Source: Erysipelotrichaceae bacterium
Lineage (GTDB): Bacteria > Bacillota_I > Bacilli_A > Erysipelotrichales > Erysipelotrichaceae
DNA length: 32,000 nucleotides
NCBI GenBank assembly: GCA_963676105.1
Contig: OY781039.1
Location: 1,110,001 to 1,142,000, forward strand
Direction: 5' to 3'
In this document: piece after piece, positions 17,127-24,151 of the stretch
Numbering within the stretch: the stretch's first letter is position 1
How the letters are laid out: each line of letters begins with the position of its first letter
Position numbers and translations under genes: made by a program
Notes under the pieces: model-generated
The model's database searches: none
Seen by the model: the letters and a program-made list of their open reading frames with translations, nothing else
What the model was told of the DNA's origin: nothing

Positions 17127-17702
17127 TTAAGTATTGTCTACTTTCTTAATGAACTTAGCTGGAACACCGCCTACTATGGTATAACTTTCAACATCTTTGG
17201 TGACAACAGCTCCGGCAGCTACGACTGCCCAATCTCCAATTGAAACACCTTGAAGCACAACAACATTTGAACCAATCCAAACATTATTACCGATTGTTAT
17301 AGATGCATATGAATTCTTACGTTTTAGTTTTGGTTCAATCGCGTGATTTACCGTAGCAAGAACAACATTATGGCCAATAAGTGTTCCATCTCCAATACTA
17401 ATACCGCCTTGATCTTGAAAGTGACAGCTTGAATTAATAAAGACATTTTGTCCAATCTTCGTATTCTTTCCAAAATCAGTATAAAAAGGTGGAAATAATT
17501 TAAAACCCGAACCAATTTTTGATCCAGTTAATTCTTCCATTAGTGATTTTATTTCGTTTTCATCATGGTATTTATTATTCAATTCCATGGTAATTTTTTG
17601 AGCTTGAGTAAAAAGTTCTTTAGAATACTTCGATCTAAGTTCTTTTAACTCTTCAGGAATAACTTCATTTTTAAATCCTTTTAAAACAAGTTCTAAATCC
17701 AT
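17127..17702 (-). CDS. maa: Maltose/galactoside O-acetyltransferase-type hexapeptide-repeat acetyltransferase
   Basis: 191 aa with an N-terminal Mac-type helix region and left-handed beta-helix hexapeptide repeats ([44 protein letters not shown]). Confidence 0.7.
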   Translation of the reverse strand: MDLELVLKGFKNEVIPEELKELRSKYSKELFTQAQKITMELNNKYHDENEIKSLMEELTGSKIGSGFKLFPPFYTDFGKNTKIGQNVFINSSCHFQDQGGISIGDGTLIGHNVVLATVNHAIEPKLKRKNSYASITIGNNVWIGSNVVVLQGVSIGDWAVVAAGAVVTKDVESYTIVGGVPAKFIKKVDNT

Positions 17703-17711
17703 AAAACCTCC

Positions 17712-18119
17712 TTATATTTGGTAATTCTTACTTTTCTTTTTATGGATATCACAAGTCCCTGCTTCTTTGGCTGTTTCGTAATACCATTTTTTATGATCAA
17801 GAGTAGCTAAGTGACCTTTGAGTTCTTCGATTTGTTGAAGAACAGATTCTCTTTGTTTAAGAATAATATTTAAGCGTTCATCAATACTATCATCACCAAC
17901 TAGCGTTAAATCAATAAAACGTTTGATTTCTTTGATTGGCATCCCTGTATTCTTTAAACATTCTATGATTCTTAATGCACCAATATCATCATTTTTAAAA
18001 ACTCGAATCCCACTCGCTTTACGTTCTACAAAAGGCATTAGCCCTTCTTTGTCATAATAACGTAGTGTCGATGCGCTTAAATTTAATACTTTAGCGACTT
18101 CACCAATTGTATATTCCAT
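17712..18119 (-). CDS. MerR-family transcriptional regulator (AdhR/NmlR-like, Cys54)
   Basis: 135 aa with N-terminal HTH YTIGEVAKVLNLSASTLRYYDKEGL, a coiled-coil dimerisation helix, and a single conserved-position Cys in IIECLKNTGMP. This aligns by eye with FIKCMRNAGLS (Cys52) of B. subtilis AdhR. Confidence 0.8.
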   Translation of the reverse strand: MEYTIGEVAKVLNLSASTLRYYDKEGLMPFVERKASGIRVFKNDDIGALRIIECLKNTGMPIKEIKRFIDLTLVGDDSIDERLNIILKQRESVLQQIEELKGHLATLDHKKWYYETAKEAGTCDIHKKKSKNYQI

Positions 18120-18121
18120 TT

Positions 18122-19300
18122 CTAGACATCCTCTCTTTCTTTATATAAATCAATCGATTTTTTTAATCTATTTAAACCATCCATCACTCTATCTCTATTA
18201 GTAGCGGCATTCATACGAATAAATGAAGATCCATTTCCACCATAGTGATTACCAGCTGAAATAATCAAACCTGTTTCTTCTCTTATAAATTCAGCTAATA
18301 CTTCGGCATCGACTTCTAATTTACTAATATCTATCCAAACTAAATATGTTGCGTGTGATTCAACAACTTTCAATAAAGGAATTTGCTCTTTTATAAAGTT
18401 ATAGATTATTTGTTTATTTTCTTGAAGATATATTCTTAATTCTTCTAACCAAGTTTCACCTTTAGTAAAAGCTGAAACTGTTGAATAGGCAGCAAATGCG
18501 TTTGGTTCAGCTACTTCATTGGAGTTTAAACCACGCTCCATAATTGCTTTAAGTTTTGGATTCGCGACAATCACAGCCGCTGATTGAAGTCCAGCTAAGT
18601 TAAACGTTTTACTTGCCGCAACACATGTCACACTATTAGTTAAACAATTATCTGATACTGAAGCGAAAGGTATATACTCATAACCTGGATCACATAAGTC
18701 ACAATGAATTTCATCAGAAAGAACTACAACATTGTGTTTAACACTCAAATCTCCAATTCTTTTCAAATCTTCTTTTGACCAAATATTACCACTTGGATTT
18801 TGTGGATTACAAAGAATCATTAGCCTGGTTGTATCTAGTGATAACTTTTCTTCTAAATCATCAAAATCTATAGAATAAGATGAACCATCATATTTGAGTT
18901 GATTTTCTAATACATGTCTTCCGTGATTTATAATTGAGTTATAGAAAACATTAAACGTTGGAGTTTGTATAAGAACATTATCCCCAACATTCGTTAATCT
19001 TTGAACAGCTGTTGTGATAGCTGCGACTACACCTGTTGAAAAAATCATCCAATCTTTTTCAAATTTAAACTGGTGTCTTTTTATCCACCAATTTTGAATA
19101 GATTCACTCCAATTCTCATTAATACTGGTATAACCAAAAACCCCATGCTCAACACGTTGTTTTAAATCTTCGATAATTTCAGGAGCCGTCTTAAAATCCA
19201 TATCAGCAACCCACATCGGAAGTTCATGTTCTTTAATATCCCACTTATATGAATCTGTGTTAAATCTATTTATTTTTTGGTCAAAATTGGTTTTAATCAT
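18122..19300 (-). CDS. patB: PLP-dependent C-S lyase (PatB/MalY-type cystathionine beta-lyase, aminotransferase class I/II fold)
   Basis: 392 aa with MalY/PatB-typical N-terminus (DRFNTDSYKWD-like NRFNTDSYKWD), PLP-lysine motif SKTFNLAGL, and ILCNPQNPSG. Confidence 0.7.
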   Translation of the reverse strand: MIKTNFDQKINRFNTDSYKWDIKEHELPMWVADMDFKTAPEIIEDLKQRVEHGVFGYTSINENWSESIQNWWIKRHQFKFEKDWMIFSTGVVAAITTAVQRLTNVGDNVLIQTPTFNVFYNSIINHGRHVLENQLKYDGSSYSIDFDDLEEKLSLDTTRLMILCNPQNPSGNIWSKEDLKRIGDLSVKHNVVVLSDEIHCDLCDPGYEYIPFASVSDNCLTNSVTCVAASKTFNLAGLQSAAVIVANPKLKAIMERGLNSNEVAEPNAFAAYSTVSAFTKGETWLEELRIYLQENKQIIYNFIKEQIPLLKVVESHATYLVWIDISKLEVDAEVLAEFIREETGLIISAGNHYGGNGSSFIRMNAATNRDRVMDGLNRLKKSIDLYKEREDV

Positions 19301-20136
19301 TTTCTTATCTTTATTATAGTATTTTCTTTTTGGACATCATCATTATCAAAAATAATTTCATTCACATCATCAACAATAATAGTACCAGAGATAGGATTTT
19401 TGATACTTTCAACAACGCCATGGATATCTGCTTCAACAGTTGAATATTCAAAGGCTAAATCAGTATGTACTAAAGTGCAATTTTCCAATTTAACATTTTC
19501 CATGTAACAGAAACCTTGATTACTTTCGATCGTACAGTTTTTAAAGCTTACATTCTTTGAATTCCAGCCAATATATTCACCTGAAATAATACTGTCTTCA
19601 ACGAGTACATTCTCACAGTTCCAAAAAGCATCTTTTGTAGCTAAACGAGAATTTTTAATAACGATATTCTTACATCCATCAAAAGCATAACTACCAGTCA
19701 CTGAAAAATGATTGGCTTCAATATTTTCTGAACCCATCGCAAAATACATACCATTGGCTGATACGTTTTCCATTTTTATATCTCGACAATTCCATAATGT
19801 TTCTTCAGCATTCGAAAATTGTACATTCTCTAAACTTATATTACTTGTACGTCTAAAACTCTTTGGTGCTTCAACACTTACATTTTTTAAACTGATATTA
19901 TCCGTATACCAAATGGCAGCTCTTGCGTTAATATTTAATATGCTGTCATCTAATGTAATGTTCTTTGCATACCAAAATGGATATTTCCATTCAAAAACAG
20001 ATTTTTCTACTTTTATATTTTTACTTTCTTTTAACGGTGACTCACCATCAAAGAATGTACTGTTTTTTATATCTAGATCCTGCGCTTGAAATAAAGCACG
20101 TTCACCTGTAAATTTCTTAAATTCTACACTTTTCAT
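19297..20136 (-). CDS. Parallel beta-helix repeat protein of unknown function (DUF3737-like)
   Basis: 279 aa with a repetitive N(I/V)x(L/V)xN(S/C/V) pattern throughout (NIKVEKS, NITLDDS, NISLKNV, NISLENV, IKMENV, NIVIKNS, NVLVEDS, NVSFKNC, NVKLENC). The N-terminus GERALF..DL..NS.F.DGESPLKE is as I recall for DUF3737. No catalytic motif recognised. Confidence 0.5.
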   Translation of the reverse strand: MKSVEFKKFTGERALFQAQDLDIKNSTFFDGESPLKESKNIKVEKSVFEWKYPFWYAKNITLDDSILNINARAAIWYTDNISLKNVSVEAPKSFRRTSNISLENVQFSNAEETLWNCRDIKMENVSANGMYFAMGSENIEANHFSVTGSYAFDGCKNIVIKNSRLATKDAFWNCENVLVEDSIISGEYIGWNSKNVSFKNCTIESNQGFCYMENVKLENCTLVHTDLAFEYSTVEADIHGVVESIKNPISGTIIVDDVNEIIFDNDDVQKENTIIKIRK

Positions 20137-20163
20137 TTATTATTTCTCCTATACAATACATAT

Positions 20164-20194
20164 ATACTACAACTTAGAGTTAACTTTAAGTCAA
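20164..20194 (-). promoter_or_regulatory. MerR-type promoter P1 (19-bp spacer with dyad operator)
   Basis: On the - strand: TTGACT (20194-20189), spacer TAAAGTTAACTCTAAGTTG (19 nt), TAGTAT (20169-20164). The dyad CTTAGAGTTAACTTTAAG lies at 20173-20190. Confidence 0.7.
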
Positions 20195-20204
20195 GCATAA
20201 TTAT

Positions 20205-20237
20205 TAAATAAATAAGAACCGCTTATCTCAGCGGTTC
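20205..20237 (-). terminator. Intrinsic terminator ending the merR-bicupin-AKR unit
   Basis: GAACCGC-TTATCTCA-GCGGTTC hairpin (20216-20237) followed on the - strand by TTATTTATTT. Confidence 0.7.
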
Positions 20238-20250
20238 AAACTCATTATTT

Positions 20251-21153
20251 TTAACGACGACCAAAGATCATCTTAAGTATGGCCATTGGGGTTAATTTAC
20301 CACCATAGACTGGCATGAAACTTGCATTACCATAATCTTTAATCTTTTCAACATTCTTTAATGTTTCCATATCTTTTTCAGAAATTTCGAAATCAATATC
20401 AGCATTTGATGCCATATGTTTCGGATTAACCGTTTTAGGAAGTGGCAAACACCCTAGTTGAAGATCATATCGAATGCTAAGTTGAGGAACAGATACTTTA
20501 TATTTATTAGCCATTTCTGTTACTACTTCATTCTTCATCAACTCACCATGTGCAATTGGTGAATAAGCTTCAACCAAGATATCTAGAGATTGGCAATACT
20601 CAATAATATCAAATGGTGTATTACTAATATGAGCTAGAACTTGGTTAACTGCAGGTTTCACTTTTGAATTATTAACAATATTATCAATATCTTCTTTATT
20701 GAAGTTAGAAACACCAATTGCTTTAATCTTTCCTGCTTCATATGCTTCTTCTAAAGCTTTCCAAGCTTCTAAATTGCCTTCAAAGTAGCGATTAGTATCT
20801 CCAAACTTATTCCAAGGTTGTGGACTATGAATAATCATCATATCAATATAATCGACACCTAATTTCGCGAGTGATCCTTCAATCGCTTTCTTTGCTTTTG
20901 CATATGTTTTATGTTGTGCGCCTAATTTTGTTGTGATAAAGATTTCTTCACGTTTAATTCCAGATGCTTTAATTCCTTCACTAACACCAACTTCATTGCC
21001 ATAAGCTTGTGCTGTGTCAATATGTCTGTATCCTGCTTTGATAGCTGCTGCAACTGCGGCACCAGTGTCTTTATTTGAAATCATCCATGTACCAAAACCG
21101 AGTTTTGGAATTTCTACACCGTTATTAAGTTTAAAAGTTTCATTTAAAATCAT
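20251..21153 (-). CDS. Aldo/keto reductase (AKR)
   Basis: 300 aa with LGFGTW, IDTAQAYGNE, TTKL, MIIHSP and AIGVSNF motifs. SD GGAGGA upstream. Paralogue of the 23164-24018 gene. Confidence 0.85.
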   Translation of the reverse strand: MILNETFKLNNGVEIPKLGFGTWMISNKDTGAAVAAAIKAGYRHIDTAQAYGNEVGVSEGIKASGIKREEIFITTKLGAQHKTYAKAKKAIEGSLAKLGVDYIDMMIIHSPQPWNKFGDTNRYFEGNLEAWKALEEAYEAGKIKAIGVSNFNKEDIDNIVNNSKVKPAVNQVLAHISNTPFDIIEYCQSLDILVEAYSPIAHGELMKNEVVTEMANKYKVSVPQLSIRYDLQLGCLPLPKTVNPKHMASNADIDFEISEKDMETLKNVEKIKDYGNASFMPVYGGKLTPMAILKMIFGRR

Positions 21154-21166
21154 ATTTTATTCCTCC

Positions 21167-22084
21167 TTATGATCCTAATTTTTGATAGTCTTCTTCACTA
21201 ATGAAACTTGACCATTCGTTTTTCTTATCTTCACCTGGTAGCTCAATCGTAATATGTGAGAACCAGTTATCTTTGGCAGCTCCATGCCAGTGGCTGACAT
21301 TAGCTGGAATATTAACAATTGACCCTTCTTTTAAGGCAATAGCTTCTTTACCCTCTTCTTGATACCAACCTTCACCAGCTGTACAAATTAAGATTTGACC
21401 ACTTCCTTTTGAAGATTTATGAGTATGGAAACTATTCACACATCCAGGTTCAAATGTAACGTTTGCTAAGAACAATGGAGTTTTGCCTGGTCTTGTAATC
21501 ATTTTTAAATATGATTTTTTTGTAAATTGTTTACGTAGGAAAATGTTGTACATTCCTGATTTAAACATATTAGATTGATCAAATTCTTTCTTAGATTTGA
21601 ATTTATATTCTGCATCTTTTTTAACAAATTTCTGTGGTTTATTAGAATCTTTTAGCTGGTTATAATAAGTATCACTTACTGGTTCTAACCATTCCGCTTT
21701 CGATTCGACACCCGGTAATTCTAATGATAAATGAGCGAACCAAGAATCTTTTTTAGCCCCATGCCAATGTTTAACACCTGATGGGATATAAACAAATGAT
21801 CCTTCTTTTAATTCTTCAGCAGCTTGTCCTTCTTGTTGGAACCAACCTTCACCTGCTGTACAAATTAGCATCTGACCTCCACCACTTTTTGCGTGGTGGA
21901 TATGCCAGTTATTTCTACATCCTGGTTCGAATGTAACATTCGCTATAAATACAGGCCACTCGCCTGGTTTAGCAAACATACTTAAATACGATTTACCAAT
22001 AAAATATTTTTCGAACATGGTATTTTCCATACCTGTTTTGAACATATTTACTTTTTCAAATGCTTCTCTAGTCTGATATTTCAT
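21167..22084 (-). CDS. Bicupin protein (two tandem cupin_2-type domains), function unknown
   Basis: 305 aa. The two halves align by eye at roughly 55% identity (NVTFEPGCRNNWHIHHAKSGGGQMLICTAGEGW.. versus NVTFEPGCVNSFHTHKSSKGSGQILICTAGEGW..; ..HWHGAKKDSWFAHLSLELPG versus ..HWHGAAKDNWFSHITIELPG). SD AGAGGAAG upstream. Confidence 0.75.
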   Translation of the reverse strand: MKYQTREAFEKVNMFKTGMENTMFEKYFIGKSYLSMFAKPGEWPVFIANVTFEPGCRNNWHIHHAKSGGGQMLICTAGEGWFQQEGQAAEELKEGSFVYIPSGVKHWHGAKKDSWFAHLSLELPGVESKAEWLEPVSDTYYNQLKDSNKPQKFVKKDAEYKFKSKKEFDQSNMFKSGMYNIFLRKQFTKKSYLKMITRPGKTPLFLANVTFEPGCVNSFHTHKSSKGSGQILICTAGEGWYQEEGKEAIALKEGSIVNIPANVSHWHGAAKDNWFSHITIELPGEDKKNEWSSFISEEDYQKLGS

Positions 22085-22508
22085 TTTTTTCTTCCTCTTT
22101 GCGCTTAATTAATTCACGCGCACTATCTCTTAATTGTTTTTCGGCATCACTAGTTAGCGCTGATTGATTAAATTCAATAATGCTATCAAGTTCTTTCATT
22201 GATTCTTCAATTTCCTGTCGTCTTTTAACTAAGTTTTCTTTTTGAGTCAACAACATTTTCTGACGATCTTCAAGTGTGATTTCACCTTCCATAAACAAAT
22301 TTATATACTGTTTAATTTCTTGAATTTGCATGCCTGCTCTTTTAAAAATTTGAATGAACTTTAATGTTTCAATCTCGTAATCATAAAAGATTCGATATCC
22401 AGATTCACGTCGCTCTAAATTAGGTAGTAATCCTTCTTTATCGTAATAGCGTATTGTGGCTGTTGTTATGCCTAACATCTTTGCAACTTGGTTAATTGTA
22501 TAACTCAT
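22068..22508 (-). CDS. MerR-family transcriptional regulator (second paralogue, no Cys)
   Basis: HTH YTINQVAKMLGITTATIRYYDKEGL. I place the start at ATG 22508 (SD AAAGGTGG 5 nt upstream). The track start at 22538 lies at or upstream of the predicted TSS of promoter P2. The 3' end overlaps the bicupin start by 17 nt. Confidence 0.8.
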   Translation of the reverse strand: MSYTINQVAKMLGITTATIRYYDKEGLLPNLERRESGYRIFYDYEIETLKFIQIFKRAGMQIQEIKQYINLFMEGEITLEDRQKMLLTQKENLVKRRQEIEESMKELDSIIEFNQSALTSDAEKQLRDSARELIKRKEEEKNEISD

Positions 22509-22539
22509 TTCGACCACCTTTCTCTGATATCTACTCAAA

Positions 22540-22570
22540 CTATAACCTTAAAGTTAACTTTAAAGTCAAG
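22540..22570 (-). promoter_or_regulatory. MerR-type promoter P2 (19-bp spacer with dyad operator)
   Basis: On the - strand: TTGACT (22570-22565), spacer TTAAAGTTAACTTTAAGGT (19 nt), TATAGT (22545-22540). A perfect 16-nt palindrome TTAAAGTTAACTTTAA lies at 22549-22564. Confidence 0.7.
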
Positions 22571-22591
22571 TCTGTAATGCTTCATTTTAAT

Positions 22592-22630
22592 AAAAACAGA
22601 GCAGTAACTTTAGTAAGTTAACTGCTCTGA
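22592..22630 (-). terminator. Intrinsic terminator ending the AKR-lipoprotein unit
   Basis: Long hairpin CAGAGCAGT(T)AACTT-ACTA-AAGTTACTGCTCTG (22598-22630, one bulged nt) followed on the - strand by TTTTTA. Confidence 0.75.
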
Positions 22631-22667
22631 TCTTCTACTCTACAAAAAATTCTTTTCATCCTTGATT

Positions 22668-23210
22668 TTATTTAAGAGATAAAGTGGCTCTGACATTACC
22701 ACTGCCAAGTATATTAATCAATTCAGTTTTAGATACGTCATTGATTTTTCCTAATCGCGTAAAACTCCAACTGTTTGTATCATAGTAAATAACAAACGCA
22801 TTCCCTTGATACAAAATCAAATCACCTGCATCTGTTGAAATCTGTTCATCATTAGTTGGTAAGTTTTGTGGAAACATACCAACTTTTTCCATGCTTCCAT
22901 AATCTCGCATATCAATCACAATATCATCTTCTTTCAGCAGCTCAATAAGTGCTGCTGTTGAAGAGTTGTCAACAAGTGTCGCCGTTAAATCATGGTCGTT
23001 CACATTTATATTTATTTGCATATCTACTTCCTCAATGTCTTTTACAATTTTATCTTCTTCATTATACTCAACTTCATTTATTTCAGAGCTTTCAGCAGGT
23101 TCAACAACTGAACACGCTGAGAGCACTAAGCCAAGAAACATTGAAACTAATATTTTGTTCAACTTATTTTGTATAAACAGGGAAGAAAGAGAATTCACCA
23201 TAGTCTTCAA
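22668..23210 (-). CDS. Lipoprotein with cyclophilin-like (Cyclophil_like2-type) domain
   Basis: Signal peptide ending in lipobox LVLSAC. The C-terminal domain has the pattern LTATLVDNSSTAALIELL...DMRDYG..EK.G..P..LPT........AGDLILYQGNAFVIYY....SFTRLGKI. The track start at 23210 is TTG, and ATG 23201 is an alternative. Either way it overlaps the upstream AKR by 38-47 nt. Confidence 0.6.
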   Translation of the reverse strand: MKTMVNSLSSLFIQNKLNKILVSMFLGLVLSACSVVEPAESSEINEVEYNEEDKIVKDIEEVDMQININVNDHDLTATLVDNSSTAALIELLKEDDIVIDMRDYGSMEKVGMFPQNLPTNDEQISTDAGDLILYQGNAFVIYYDTNSWSFTRLGKINDVSKTELINILGSGNVRATLSLK

Positions 23211-24018
23211 TTTCTTTCATCTCTTTTAAAGTTGTCATATCTTCATCACTAATCACAAAATCTACATCAGCATTACTCTTCATGTGAGCAGGATTTGCTG
23301 TCTTAGGTAATGTGATTAAGCCTAATTGAAGATCATAACGAATACACAATTGAGGAATGGAAACTCCATATTTCTCAGACATTACTTTTATAGCTTCATT
23401 TTTGAATAATTCACCGTGTCCAATTGGAGAATAAGCTTCTACTGCAATACCTTCCTTGTTACAGAAATCAATAAGTTCTGCTGGTGTATTGCTAATATGC
23501 GCTAAAACTTGGTTAACCATAGGTTTAACTTCACAGTTGTTAATAAGATTTTCTAGATCTTCTTGTAAGAAATTTGACACACCAATGGCTTTTATTTTGC
23601 CGGCTTTATAAGCTTCTTCTAACGCTTTCCAAGCCGCTACATTACCTTCAAAGTAACGATCTTCATTTCCATATTCTGCCCATGGTTTTGGTGAATGGAT
23701 AATCATTAAATCAATATATCCACAATCTAATTTTTCAAGTGAACCTTCAATTAGTTTAACCGCTGTTTCATAATCTTTAGCTTCTGCAGCTAATTTTGTG
23801 ACGATAAACAAATCTTCACGTTTAGCACCACTTGCTTTAATACCTTTACCAACACCCACTTCATTTCCATAAGCTTGTGCTGTATCAATATGTGTGTAGC
23901 CTAGTTTTATGGCTTCAACTACAGCTGTGTCAACCACCGCATCGTCAATCATCCATGTCCCTAAACCCAATTGTGGAATTTCAATACCATTACTTAACTT
24001 TACTTTTTCGTTATACAT
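23164..24018 (-). CDS. Aldo/keto reductase (AKR)
   Basis: 284 aa with LGLGTW, IDTAQAYGNE, VTKL, MIIHSP and AIGVSNF motifs. About two-thirds identical by eye to the 20251-21153 product. Confidence 0.85.
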   Translation of the reverse strand: MYNEKVKLSNGIEIPQLGLGTWMIDDAVVDTAVVEAIKLGYTHIDTAQAYGNEVGVGKGIKASGAKREDLFIVTKLAAEAKDYETAVKLIEGSLEKLDCGYIDLMIIHSPKPWAEYGNEDRYFEGNVAAWKALEEAYKAGKIKAIGVSNFLQEDLENLINNCEVKPMVNQVLAHISNTPAELIDFCNKEGIAVEAYSPIGHGELFKNEAIKVMSEKYGVSIPQLCIRYDLQLGLITLPKTANPAHMKSNADVDFVISDEDMTTLKEMKEIEDYGEFSFFPVYTK

Positions 24019-24046
24019 TTACATACTCCTTTTCTTGTATAATAGT

Positions 24047-24077
24047 ATTCTAAGACTTAAAGTCAACTTTAAGTCAA
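24047..24077 (-). promoter_or_regulatory. MerR-type promoter P3 (19-bp spacer with dyad operator)
   Basis: On the - strand: TTGACT (24077-24072), spacer TAAAGTTGACTTTAAGTCT (19 nt), TAGAAT (24052-24047). Inverted repeat GACTTAAAG-TCAA-CTTTAAGTC at 24054-24075 with perfect 9-bp arms. Confidence 0.7.
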
Positions 24078-24091
24078 GAAAAAAGATTTGC

Positions 24092-24122
24092 TTGACTTAG
24101 AGTTTACTTCAGATAGTATTAT
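24092..24122 (+). promoter_or_regulatory. MerR-type promoter P4 (19-bp spacer, half-conserved operator), divergent from P3
   Basis: TTGACT (24092-24097), spacer TAGAGTTTACTTCAGATAG (19 nt), TATTAT (24117-24122). The -35-proximal half-site ACTTAGAGTT is conserved and the distal half is degenerate. The SD AAGGAG and the MATE start follow. Confidence 0.6.
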
Positions 24123-24151
24123 GTAGATTGTTTTTATAAAAGGAGATTTAC

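Noticed and set aside
22509-22538. N-terminal extension MSRYQRKVVE of the second MerR regulator
   Set aside because: The ATG at 22538 lies only 2 nt downstream of the -10 element of P2 (22540-22545), so at or upstream of the predicted TSS. The ATG at 22508 has a good SD and starts exactly at the MerR HTH, as in the paralogue.
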